Below are positions 34,491-48,600 of a DNA stretch of 64,000 nucleotides, one piece after another. Every line of letters starts with the position of its first letter. The stretch's first letter is position 1. The notes beneath the pieces were generated by a model. That model searched no databases. It was not told where the DNA came from and was given only the letters and a program-made list of their open reading frames with translations. The position numbers and the translations under genes are program-made. The stretch lies in NCBI GenBank assembly GCA_012295275.1, contig CM022665.1, forward strand, positions 29,512,001 through 29,576,000, read 5' to 3'. Source of the stretch: Chrysomallon squamiferum (Eukaryota; Animalia; Mollusca).

Positions 34491-37042
34491 ATGGCATCTG
34501 TGCAGTCAGATATTCTGTGCTGGGAAGACTTTGTTAAAGGTATGTTTAAGGTTCTCATTTAAAATCATCAGTAACACAAGACTGTCAGCTCCTATTATGT
34601 ATATATACAAGTGTCTTTTAGATAAGCATTGTTATATTAGAGAGTAAAAGCATTTACATCAGGGTATACATTTTATATACTTATAATCCATTTTATATAA
34701 TATATATATTTTCATTATAATATAATTTAAAAATAATAATTATTACAATAATGGTGCCATTTCTATTTTCTGAAATCCTGCTCTGGTATTTATAAAGAAT
34801 ATGTTGATATTCAAGCAAGAATATGACTTTATAATACATGTCAGATACATAAAACAGAAGTTTATTATACTTTTAATGCTAAATAGGAAAGTGAATATGT
34901 AAGCAGTTCATTATAGATAATAAAGATCACATCAAATAATCTCACTTTCCTCCTTTTTTTACAGTAATTTTCAACTGTATCATTTATTTTTACACTGGAA
35001 TTAATAGAGCTTTCATGTGTCATTATATTACATGTTTTTGTAGAAATTTAACTATTAAAGAAGCAATATTTAACAACTTTTTTTTTTTTCTTTCTTTTAG
35101 CTAATCTTTTACATAATGGTTTAATCAGTGGTGTCAGTCTTATAACAGACCAAGGTATACCAGTTTATTCATACGGAGATCTCAGTCATTTGGAAAAGGT
35201 ATATTTGCATAGATTTTCATTTATGAAAAATGTTTTAATGGGGAATGAGTGAAATACCTTCTTGAGTACAGTTCTTTAACAGTGGTTTTCGTGGTCACAT
35301 CATATGAATTCTAGACAGCTTGTTCCCAAAACAACTGATACCGAAGATATGCCAAATTCTGTATTTGGCAGTACTTTATTTTTTGGTTTAATAATAATAA
35401 TTGAGAAGCATCTATTCTTATTAATTCATAAAGCCAGTAAAAATAATTGACGTTGTATATCTAGACTTTTTGAAAATAATTTCCTGTACCATGTATGATC
35501 CTGTTATCCATATTGTGAAAAAAAACCACCAGTTTCAATTTAATATTGAATTTAGTAGATTAATGTATCAGATCTACTGCAAGAATAATACATATATGGC
35601 ACATACAATGGATACAATAATATAGTGTAATTATAACTGCTAACACAATCAAGTAGATTTTTGTTTTAGTCAGACTTTTTATACTAATATTTAGTGTTAT
35701 GAAACTTTACTTTTTTTGCATGGTTGTGATGTAGATTCTTGGGATAAAAGACACAGGAGAAAAGTCACAATTTTTTAATAAAATTAAGAAATATATTAGA
35801 AATGAAAGATTGATGAAACAGATGTTCTTTGATTTTAATGTTGGTGGTTTAGGCAGATTTTCCACCCAATACCATGAAGAAATTCTGCAATAGTCTTGCA
35901 GTCCTCAAAGCTCTCTCTGTAACCTGTATCACTGAACCTCGACAATTACAACTAGTTGTTTTGATGCATTTCTACCACAACTTTGTTTTGTGAGTGGCAT
36001 GTTTCGTATACATGAATCCCTCAAAACAGATTTTGTTACCACCCTTATTGTTATGAATAACTTCCATATTAAACATACTTCTCATACTAGAGCAAGCTGG
36101 AGAATATATAGTGAAACACATTTTAATCTGGGACATTTTATAAATCATTTACAATAGGAAGCCCTTAGTTTAAATCTATCCTAATCAGTAAGCTAGATCC
36201 AAGCATCACCCCTGTTCAATATGAAGCCCCTTTCTTTAATTTAGCCTAATCAATAAGCTTAAGAATTAACCCATGCATACTATGATGCCACATTCAATAC
36301 TCTACAAACTCATCTATATCGTGTCTTTTTTCCAGCCACTGTGATGTACAGGTACTTGTCAAAATTCAAAAGAGAAATAAATTATTTTCACAAAGTCAGT
36401 GGACTCTCTACATACATAACATTTACATATACTCATGTACAGATACATTTTTGAATGTTGTTATAGATCCATTTATGATTATAATTTTTGATTAACATTG
36501 CTTTGCTGATCTTTTACAGTATGTTACTATTTATCTAGTTATTCAAAGGGAGAGGGAAGCACATGGGTTCCCTGTCATTCTGTATTTTTATTCCCCCCCG
36601 ATACATGTTTAATTCTTTTTAATATTAATTTTATAATTTATACATTTTTAAAACATTTTTATAAAGTAAGTCTAGGGTGTCCTGGGCAGTTGCCCCTATT
36701 GACCCTGATAAATCTTTCCTGGGTATGAGTTTTTTACTTATCTTGGGTATACATTGTCTCATTACCAAGTTTTTTTCAGCCACAAATCAAGAAGTTTTGT
36801 ATGTCTGTACTATAGATAAAAATTTTGTTCTTAGATGATAATAAATTGAATAACCATTACAATAGTGAAGAGGTTAAAATATTTATGATTTATGATTTTT
36901 GTATAATTATATACATGGAGTATAGCTGCTGCAATTTCTTGGGCTGTTATTTAAAAGCAGTATCACAACATTATATTTCTACAGAATATAATTTCTTGTA
37001 AACACAATTACACATTAGTATTTTTAATAATTATTGTTGTTG

Positions 37043-37073
<31 letters not shown>

Positions 37074-38278
37074 AGCAAGAACATAATGCTCAGTTTATGT
37101 TACAGGATGATCTGAAACAATTTCATACAATATTCAAATCATTATCGAAGAATTATGAAGAGGCTCTTCTGTTCAAAGGTTTTACAATAAGATGGAAAGA
37201 TGGAACACAAACACAGATGAAGATTTATGAGAAGACATACTGCAGGTTTTACAAATGTTTGAACATTTAGACAAAAAAAATAATTAAAAAATAAAGAAAT
37301 AACTGTTTCACTGTATAATATCTTTATTTAAAGTGGAAAGGTTTTGATGTAGCTATTTAATATTCTTATTGCCTGCCATGTTACCATGAGCCTTACTTGT
37401 CTCTGATCATTAACAAAGGACTGTATGAACATATTCAAATATTGCCATGCTTTATTTATTTGTGTAAGATGGCTTTAAATGATTTTGATCATGCATTGTA
37501 CTGGTAGAAACTTTAATGATAAATACTGTGGTGTTGATTTATTCTTCAAATAATGTAAGAGTAAGAACTAACCATTTGATAATGTGGTATATAGTAGTAA
37601 TATAATGGTCTCAGGAGCAGTGGTAGGGTAATTTTCTTGAAGCACTGTTGGTTCCAGGATCAGTTCTTCTCACTGGTACTATGGCCATCTCATGCTCCTG
37701 CACTGTGTTCCATAATTTGTTGTTTACCAAAGGCCTTGTTTTCCTATCTATGTGTAAGTCACACAAAACATCTCCTGGTTCTAATAAATGATACCCTGGC
37801 AGCAGCAAATCTCCTTTACAAGTATCTGTACATTCCTTAATTGTGTCTAAGCTACTGATGTTTGATATAAGTTACATTTTGTGAAACATCAAAACCCAAG
37901 CAACTCTTTCAACCCAATATTTTTTTTTTTGAGTGTAGCATTCATCTCAGAGAAAAGTGACTCTGTGTGTATGTGTGTGTGTGTTACATTATATGTTGCT
38001 TATTTTTAGAAAGTGGGATGTTAATTATTATTATAACAGAAAAATGATTTTTAATTAGTTTGCGTTTAGAATGCAGAAAATCATCAGACCTCTGAATGTT
38101 TCCATCATAAACTGTTATTTTTACTTTCAGTGTCTATGCAACAGGAATGGGGAACTATGATGGTCTGACAGTGAGTAATCTTCCCTATGGAATTCTAATA
38201 TGCACATTTCGTCATCCAGTTCAGCAAGCAAAAGCAATTCAGCTTGTTGAATGTTTCTGTGACAAATTACGAGCATAA
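34491..38278 (+). CDS. Divergent profilin-like protein, 4 exons, 144 aa
   Basis: Exons 34491-34539, 35101-35198, 37106-37245, 38131-38278 (phases 1, 0, 2; GT-AG; 435 nt) give MASVQSDILCWEDFVKANLLHNGLISGVSLITDQGIPVYSYGDLSHLEKDDLKQFHTIFKSLSKNYEEALLFKGFTIRWKDGTQTQMKIYEKTYCSVYATGMGNYDGLTVSNLPYGILICTFRHPVQQAKAIQLVECFCDKLRA*. The N-terminal W..(Y/F)V...L...G, the central GFTI and the C-terminal VE...D.LR helix follow the profilin pattern. Confidence 0.8.
35734..36339 (-). mobile_element. FLYWCH-containing MULE-derived non-autonomous element, copy 2 (in profilin-like intron 2)
   Basis: Homologous to 21400-21895. Imperfect inverted ends GGATAAAAGACAC (35742) and GTGTCTTTTTTCC (36321). 9-bp direct repeat TGTGATGTA at 35725-35733 and 36340-36348. 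Confidence 0.7.
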
Positions 38279-39404
38279 CATGACTTAGTGACATCCTGAT
38301 CTGTAGCAACATTTTTAATTCAGAAATCAGATGTTACCATTTAAATCAAGTAGTATGTCTGACTTAGAACAATGCATCTTTTCTCACATCGTAAGATACA
38401 CATGAAAGGTACCTTGCCGACAATCAGTACGAGTAGCCTAAGGAATTAAAGCTGTTGTTCCCTTTGTCTTTCTGTCATTATACAAAAACTGTACATCTGC
38501 CAACTAATAACGATCACTATCAAAATCTGCTACTGGTAGGTGTCAATTAAAGATTCATTAATCTTAGAAAAATTATGCTTCACACCTAATATTAAAATGG
38601 ATTGAGGTGTCATTACACAAGTATAATTACTAATTTATTTACTAAAATCATTCATCACTTATTTACTTTTCGTAATCATCAGTAGCTTTCTTGTAAGCAG
38701 AAAAATGAAAAACTGTTAATTTCTAAAAAAAAAATACCAAAAATAAGATTAAAAAATGAACGTCAGAAACTAATTGATACATTTCCCTAATTTTATTAAA
38801 TGGAATAAATTCTGATATTAAAACAAATGCAACAATTTACATAATTTATAAGTTCTATATATAAACATAATCTTGAGTATAAAAATACAGTTTGGAAATA
38901 ATTTCCAATATGAATAATGAAAACTAGAGCAAAAAAAAAATAAATAAAAAATTAATTTGCTAAACATCTCAAACAAAAACAAATGCAGCATTAAGAAGCT
39001 CTGATTTTACATTTATTTAAATTCATGTATAAAGGAAATGTACATAATATATATGTTTGTATGTTTGACAGATGTGGTAATATATTCCTGATCAGTTACA
39101 CTTATGTAATCCAGTTACTCAATGTGATTTCATATTTCATAATAAAATGATGCAATTTACAACAGAGGTCAATTTCTAATTCATTAAATATCATAAACAG
39201 TAGAAAAGGTTTTTAACTTCATTAAATCAAGTGATTAAATTTTTTAATATAAACTAGCTTTTGAGTGATTTTTTGAAAGTTTTGCAACCAATTAAAAAAA
39301 CAAGTTTGGATACTATACATCAGAAAATAATTATTAGCTACCTCAGAAATTTTGTTAAATTATTCAGGAAACATTTTGGCAAAATTAACTTTTAAGGAAT
39401 ATAT

Positions 39405-39406
<2 letters not shown>

Positions 39407-39456
<50 letters not shown>

Positions 39457-39468
39457 TAATAATAATAA
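39407..39468. repeat. (AAT)n microsatellite
   Basis: Direct reading. Confidence 0.9.
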
Positions 39469-41544
39469 AGCTTCATAAGCTTTTTCCACCTGATACAAAA
39501 TATAGTATTTTCCACCTAGAATTGGATGTGAAATTTTTTTAAAACTACTTACAAAGTTCCGACAAGCTTAAAAAAATAGGCATTGTTTTTGGAGGTAAAT
39601 GTTAAAAATCCACATACTGACATAAATGAGATTAATGCCACTTAAAAGTAATAAATATTAATAATGTTAATTGTGGTTATATGACTTCTGTTTTGATTTT
39701 TGTTTTAGTAAAACTTTTTATACTAGTATTTAGTGTTTTTGGATGGTCATGATGTATATGTACTTATCAATTTACATTTGCCAACATTTTCTGATTTACA
39801 GAAATGATTACCCATTCCAGTAATCTTTAAAAGTTTTGTACAATACTAAATCAGTACATTTAAAATTTTATAAAAATTTTATTTCTCAATAAAATGCTTC
39901 TGTTACATACAGGCAAGAGCACAAGACAGTTTAATAATCTAGAGATGATAGAGATAATAGTGATGTATGTGTGTGTGTGTGTGCGTGTGTGCACACATAA
40001 AATAATAATAATCAGCAAAAATAACTGCAGATATATAGCCTTTAGCAACTTGAAGCACAATACAATATTATATGCTGTTAGATATACCAACATAGGATTA
40101 CATACTAGAACACTAAATATTAAAAATATGGTGTCATAACAGTTTTGTACTACATTAACTAGGTTTATATTTTAAATGCATAATATAGGTTTTTATTACA
40201 ACTTGTATCCATAATAACAATGGAGCAGTTAAGATACATTAGGGAATTTCAAACAAAGATAAACATAACTTGGGTACAGTGAATAATGTGCTGTCAGCAC
40301 AATTTATTAACTACTGATAGAGAAACTGGGCAACAAATAATAAATATCACCAGATTAACAAAAAAACTAAAACGTAGGCAGAAAACCCATAAGTAGTTTT
40401 AATAGAATAGTAAATTACACTATTATTTTTTAACTTAGTGTATCTTTATATGAACCTTATTTTTATTATTAAATTGTAAGTATTTATCTTTAAGAATAGA
40501 ATAATCTTAAAAACATTTTTTATTTTTTATTTTTATTATTTTATTATGTACTTATAATATTTGACACAGGAGATAAGCAATTCAAACAAATAACTGCATT
40601 AGTAGAAGAAAATTCTGGTCAATATTATTTAAATTATTAAATTTAAACACCTAATATATTTCAATCAATGATTTTATGAGAATTTTTTCCAGATATATAT
40701 TTACAACATAATAACTTGCAATATTTCAATCAGTGTGTTTTACTGAACATAACTATCTGAAATATAATTGATTCTCAAAATAAATTTAAAAATTTTAGAT
40801 ACCAACATTGGTCCCAGATACATGTGAAGATAAAGCTATTATTTACATGATATATTTCTTTGTTCAAAAAAACAAAAAAGAAAGAATTTTTTTTATAATA
40901 ATACACAAGAAAAAACCCATAAAACCAAAAAAAAAAAAAAGAAAGAAAAAAATGTAAATATTTAAATATATTCAAGTAAAATGTTCTGAAAACCCTTGAC
41001 ACCTTACAATAATGATATTTGAATTCAACATTTATATTTACAAATAAGAATCTATTTCTAAATGCCAGTCATTTTATTTAAAAATACAATTAATTCACAA
41101 ACTGTCTATGCTATCAGCAATGCCTTGAAAGAATTGTGTAGATTTTAATATTCCAGTAAAACTGTTTATTTTTGTTGTAGACCATTTTTATTATTTTCAC
41201 CCCAGCTGAAAACAGTGAAATTGCTGTGGCAATACCTCTGTTTTCTACTACAATTTATTACATTTTCTTTTTAATTCCAGTATTTGTACATTTAAAATGT
41301 TCCTATATATATTTTATAAACTTCCAAATTAGTTCTTTATTGTGCTACCATTATTACTTTATTATTTAGTACATAAAATAGCATTCTTTATACGTTATGT
41401 CTGTTTATTTTCATTAAAACAAATCAAATAAAATAAAAAATTAAACAAAATAATATCTCTTTTAATGAGATAACATCAATATATTCTGCAACAACAACAA
41501 ACAATGCATAACAAGCAATAACAAAATTTGTTTTTAAAAAGTTA

Positions 41545-41547
<3 letters not shown>

Positions 41548-41600
<53 letters not shown>
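41548..41600. repeat. (AT)n microsatellite
   Basis: Direct reading. Confidence 0.95.
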
Positions 41601-41606
<6 letters not shown>

Positions 41607-44600
41607 AACAGATAGACAATTGGGTGGTGGCAACAATATAATATTATTTCAGTCAAATATATTTTAACTTCTGGTGTTTTATATTTTGTGAAACTATACC
41701 ACAGAAAATTAGGAATGTATTGTAAAAAATAAAAACAATATTACTTTGTTTATTTTATGGAAGTAAAACTGGGGGAAAATAATTTACATAATAATAATAA
41801 TAAAAAAAATGAACAATATAATTAATATGGATTTGTTTCTTTTTTATATATACAATTTGTGATAATAATTACTTTGTCTCTCATTAACTCACTGAATATG
41901 TCAATTTGTTTTTAAAAATTTGCACCATCATGCTTTTATTTTATTATGCTCCGAAACAGAAAAAGAAAAACACTTTCAACTTCTCCATACAATTCACAAT
42001 TGTCACACAGTTGTTATATTTATAACAGAAAAATAGCAAAATATTTCATATACAAATTTTTCTAAAGTTGAATGTTGTGTTCACAGTTAGTTTGTTACAT
42101 AATTTCTCAAAAATCATAACTGATCAAAATAATATTTGAATTTTATACATTCCATTATGACCAAGCAATAAAACCATGATCCAGTCAGCTCAAAGATGTA
42201 AATTAAAACTTTCATATTATCAGTGTTTGTATGAATACTGCGTAATACTAACAATTTAAAAAAAGTAAAAAGTAAATACATTAGAAGATAAGTAAAATGT
42301 AACAATCATGATTTTAAGCAGACTTATAATGCATGTTTCTTTACCTCCTTAATATTTATTTATTTATATATTTTATTTTTTATTTTTTTATTATAATTTT
42401 AATGAGTTTCCTAACTTAGCTGTATGACATGAGTTTTGTGAAATGTAATTTCAGTGAAGATTGTTTATTCTAATAGAAAAAGAAAAAAAGCTCAATTTAC
42501 AGTTGCATTAAATGTGCAATTTTCAATTTTATTTTGAAGAAATGATAATACCTTAAACAGAAATGAGTAAAATATTTATTTATAAAATAATTTTGTAAAA
42601 CATTTCTGTAGTTAATTTAGAACAGACATATTTGTTACATAACTCACTTAAAAAACTGATAAATTTAAATGCTTACTTAACAAAATTATAGTTTCTAGTA
42701 AATAAAAGAATCCTCAACATTTCAGTTTTAAAATGTTCTGAGGGATGAAAGTAAATAGCATAAATACACTTTTTCTTCTTCTTCTTCTTATTATTATTTT
42801 TTTTGGAAACCAACAATTAAAAACAGTAGAAGAAATGCTTTTTTGTACATGAAAATGTGAAACATCTCTAAAAAGACTGAGAATAAGACAATGTTGCACT
42901 ATTTTACTGTCTGAATATCAGACTTTTAAGACATTTTCAAGTATAAAATCATTTACTGAAGTAAAAGAAAAATGGCTCTGGTTTCATATTATAATTTACA
43001 AATCGGGTATTTCATGTATCATGATATGGAACATTTGTGTGTTATTCTATTCCATTAGGTTAAAATAAAATACTTTAAAAAGACCAAATGATAAAAAAAA
43101 AAAGCCTGGACAAAGCACACATTCAGCTTCAAAGAGTTTATTAAATAATGTTTTCAATTATAAATATTACTCTATTTTTTTCCTTCCATAAAGAAATTTT
43201 TCAAGAATATAATGCTTTGCATTATTTTATATGTGAACAAGCACAGAAAAATTAAATTAATAGCATATACTGATTTAGAGAAACTTTTCCATTTTAAGTG
43301 CTAATGAATTAATGAAAACATTTCACAACCAAGAATAAAATACATCCAGCTCAGTAGCATTAGTTTTAAAATCAAACTTTCACAACAAACTGATTTTAAA
43401 GAAAATAACTGAAATAAAATATAAAAAGATAAAACCTAACAAAACAGTTTGTGATCTGATACTGAGTTATTTTATTATCAATAATAATAATATAATAGTA
43501 ATAGTAATTTGCTATTCATTTTCTTTAATGTCTAAATTTATTATTGCTATATTACTATCATCCTCTCATCACACAGTCCACAAGATCATCAAGAACCCCA
43601 CAAAATTCAGTCAGATAAGGCACCACTGAAGAAGACTAAAGCATATCTATTTACAATACAGCAGTATATCAAACAACAATCAGCAGAAATGTATAACATT
43701 CATAAAGCTGAATTACACTCAAAGTAGCATAACCTTTTGTTGCTGTTTACACATTTTGAAAATAAACTTTACTTTTCATCTACAATTGATGAAAAATAAT
43801 TAAAAAAAAATTTAATTATGAATTTAAAAAGTAAAATTAATGCAACGAAACTAAACTTAAAATGGTTGTGGATAAAATACCACAGTGTGATTTTATTTCT
43901 GAGCTTTGGAATACAGGATTATGTGAAAAAACTAAGTTTAAATCTGGCATATTTAAAATTGATGAAAAAATTAACTTCAAATGGTACTTACAGTACAAAT
44001 CATATCTGTATGTTTCACATCATATTATTACAGATATTTTGAAAACCAAGATCTTTACCTGTTCGATCAGGACAGAGACCTAAGCAAGGAAGAGCACGAG
44101 TCTTGAATACGACAAATGTTTAGATGATATCAATCAAGAAATTAAACAAATTTAATTCTTACTAATTCAGTAACTCGTTTATATTATTAATGGTAACAGG
44201 AATGTAAAGCAACTGCAAGGTAAGTAACTTCCAGTGTACAACAAATAAGAGGGAAAGTCTCACGATTAAATTTTCTCCTTTCTCAAAACATCTTTTTTCT
44301 ACTGATAACTAATAACACTGAATAATAGGATAAGCAAGTTTCTTTTAATAGAAATACATGCAATGGGAAGGTCTCAATATATTTTCCACTTTTTAAACCT
44401 TGATGAAAAAACAAACAAAAAAAACCCCCATTATTTAATTTAATTTTTTTTTATATAATATAGTGGGTTCAAATGTTTTCTTAAAATACACTAAGCCTCT
44501 TGTCTTCACAACAAAAAGTAACAAAAATAATAATTACTATCCAAGATTGTTCCATTCTGAAAAGTTACTTAGGGAACATCTTGGAGAAAAATACCTAATA

Positions 44601-45695
44601 TTTTAACAAAAGTAGTGTAACTTAGAAGTTAATTTTATTAAAACCAGGCTTCCATGGGCCACTGATAAACCCAGACACCTGTACTGGGCAACATTTTTAT
44701 TTTCAGTGATACTTCAAATGTCACTAAGGAAATTTTGAACTATGTATTATATTTCTAATTATTATTAATTGAAATAACATTTACAAAAACAGTTTCTTTT
44801 CTGTAATGTAATTTTATTGGTTTTATGTTAATGTAATATATTATTTAAGAATTTAAGTAAATACTACTATTTATTCCATATAAGCTTTGATTAAAAAATA
44901 AATTTGCAAATTTCTACCCAAGTAATTATTTGTACCCAATTCCTTGTGATAAATATATATATATATATATTATTTTTACAATGGCTGGACACATAACACA
45001 TTTTTTTTTCACTGAATTAAATGTCAAAAAGTAATATTTTAAAGTTTATGGCTGGTTGTGTATTGCGTATAATGAATGGAGCCATATGCAACAAAAGAAA
45101 ACAAACTGAAATGGTATTTTTTTTCTGAATGTGTATTTTTTTGCAGTGTACAAGTGGCTTTATTACAACTTGTGATAACATTTTTTAAATTCTAAAAAAG
45201 TGATTTCTGAGGCTTCTTGGAAGCTACTTGAAACCTATCTGCAGGTATAAATAAGAATTCCCTGTGCCTCTTGAGATGTTGGAAATACAAGAAAAACATA
45301 ACATCAGACACTAGTAAGTTTTGGGCTGCCTTTGATGCTGATCAACAGACAGGATTTTCAATGATAATTTCTAAACAAGTTCTTTCTGCCTGCTCACTTA
45401 AAATTTAATTTTTAATTTGTTTTTGTTTTTGTTGCTAATACAGCAAACATTAAATTATGGTCTGCTAATATTGTTACATTAAAGTGGGTAAATATTTCAT
45501 CTTAAATAATGCTGAATTGCTAAATGCTTGGAAGTGTTAATTACAGTTGTACCAAGCAGAAAGAAAACTATTTAAAAATTGCCAGTTTCTTCTCAGTTAA
45601 CTAAAGTGTTATATCAATAGTGTTTCCTGTTTCCCTGTCCCAAACCTCCATTTAACTATACAAAGTTATTTATCTTAATGAGCAATGATGATTTA

Positions 45696-48600
45696 TTATT
45701 CACAGTTGCCATTACTGGCAAGTCCTTCTTTAGTCTGCTCTAAACGGCAGTGAGAAGGGTGGTGGTCCTTAGAATTATTTACAAGGAAGGAATTGGAAAA
45801 TTGCTGTTCACCATTCTGACATTCTAACTCACTTGATTCCCCATTAATACTGGAGGAATGTTTGAATTCACCGAGATCAGACTTGAATCTCTTGCATGAT
45901 GGAGTTGCCTGGAATACACTGTGTGCTGAGGAGCTGCCCCGATGTGAAATTCTTCTGGAATCTTTTGTTGGTAGTCTGTGCTTGGACTCAGTCTCCTCTT
46001 TCTTGGCATCAGATTCTTGGAAGACTCTAATTATATGGTCCAACAAAACTTGAAAAAAGTCATCCACCTCATCATAACCTGACAAAAAAGATATTTCTTT
46101 ATCACATTACTGTTATATGCATGGTACCACAGCCACATTTGTATTTATCAAAATTAAGAAAGGAAAGAAATTATAGAATATAATATAGAACGAAATAAAA
46201 TGTATTGCACATTTTTTCCTAATACCAGTCTATCCTACTGGCATCTTCTAAAACAAAATGACAGACCTCTAATTTTTTATTTTTTTATTTTAAATAAATG
46301 AGTTCAGAATTTTTTTTTTTTAATTCTGGCTCTTATTAATAGTACAATTTACCTGGGAAAACATTAACATCAATAATAGCATGTCTGTGGGTTTCACTAT
46401 CAATGATAATGTCCACTCCAAACAGGTCCATTTCTAACACCTTTCTCAATGTCACTCCCATCTTTTTTAACCTCACCAGATCAGGTTTCACTGGAGAATT
46501 TGCAAGATCCACTGCATCCAACTAAAAGTATTAAACAAAAATAAGTTAATATAAAATGATAAATAAAAAAGTGAAGATCAACTTTTTGAAAATAAACAAA
46601 ACAACAACTCCAAAAAAAAAATCTAAGTAAATAACGAAAATAAATGATTTTTCAAGGAAAGAATAAGTTACAGTCAGTTTTATACATTTCTGGGGGTTTG
46701 TTTTGCAATGACATCCCAGAAACTAATAAAGACTAAAACCTCTACTATACCTTCCTCTCTTTTACAGTCATTTCAATCCTTTTCTGAAAGCACCTGTTAT
46801 CCCACAGCACATCTAAGACCCTGTCTCTACAAAAGTAACGGGCATCCACATTCCAAAATGGTACTTTTGGCTTGGACTGGCCACTTGAAAGATTATCCGA
46901 CTTCTGAATCTAACATTGGCAAGAGGCATTTGCAACCACTTTTATATATATTGACTGTTATATAATGCCATGGTAAAACCACTTTTATTAGCAATAGAGA
47001 TTTAGGTGGGACAAATTAATATGTGGCAGCCTACATACAGGTTACCAACGACATTAGGTTTAGGGATATATGTAAAAACAATCTTGTCAGAGCTTCAGTG
47101 TAAAGCTGAGAGGATGAAGGTGGTACAAAAATTTTGTAAGATGTTTTATTAAAGATGAAAAGAAATGGACATACTTTAACAATAGTTTAAAATATTTTAA
47201 TAATGTTTCCATTGTACTTGTTGAATGGAAATCACAACTTTAACTCAGAAAAAAAAACACCAACATAAATAGTTTATAGTTACTTTTGAAATAAAAATGC
47301 TTTATGTAAAAAAATAAATAAAAGTATTGATTATAAAAGTATTTACAGGAATAAATAGAAAACTTAAGGTTTAAAATATTTAACATGGACAATAGTTTCT
47401 AAAGAAGAGGTGATTTATTACTTAATTTGAATTTGGTTTATTATACAATCTGATTATGTAAGTCCAGCAAAGTGAAGGGTGAATCTACTTGTGTAGAACT
47501 ATGTCAGAATCCACATAAACTGACTTTCATTTCTTTGGTTAAAAAAGAAAGAGAAGTGAATAAATAAGTCTGACTTTGTATAAATTCTGAAAAGTATGGA
47601 TTTTCAGTTCAGCTAAGTGTGGCTATGTCGTAACATGTTCCCACACTAATACACTTACCTTATTCAAAAAGTGCGAAGAGCGTGGTTTGGATACATCATG
47701 AGAGTCAAAAAATATTGTTTCGTGATCTGAAATGAAGCATAGATACATGTAGCACCAGTCTAAATTAAGATCCTCATTACATGGTGGATGAAAGATTGTG
47801 ATAAGTCAAAGGTGTTTTCATAGGAATACTTAGCAATATATATTAATACATGTTAATAATATAAAAATATAAAATTACTTCTTATATATCTGAGAAAGCA
47901 TTCTGAAATGAGAAAAGATAATCATAAACAAATGGGATGTTCCTACATCTTCAACACATCAACGTTAGCTGAAAGCAAATATCAGTAAACTATTATAAAT
48001 TGAAATTTAAAGAAATACTGTGAAAGACTCATCAAATGATGCACATATGATTCCTGACCGTATCGCTCATATTTCCATGAAACATTAAAAAAAAAAAAAA
48101 ATTAAAATAAAAGTGTTAGTGATACATAAAGGATTAAAAACTATCTTAATACATTTCTGTTACATATGCACTAAGGATTGTCTGAGAAACAATGGGAAAA
48201 ACAAAGAATGAGTAATATTTTTAAAAATTCAGTTTACAATAAGGTTTATTAAGAAAACAACAAATGAATTTTATTAAAAAAAGAAAAAGTGTAGTACTAG
48301 TAATACCTGTGGAATAAAAGTTTTTCAGAGAAGGCCGTTGAGCAATAAACTGTTTTGTTCCAATCACATAGATTTTGAATAAAACAGCATTGTGGTTGAT
48401 GAATGACTGTGCCACACATGGAACAGTGATGTCTTTCAATCCATTCTCATTGAAAATGACAGCCATCTGTAAAAAAAAAAAAAAAATAATAATAATAATA
48501 ATAAAAAACAAATCTAACAATGAATCAAATTTCACATAGTTTATCTGTTTTTTTGATGTTTTTCATTTTTTTTTTTCATTGTCACAGGTGGGAATTGTGG

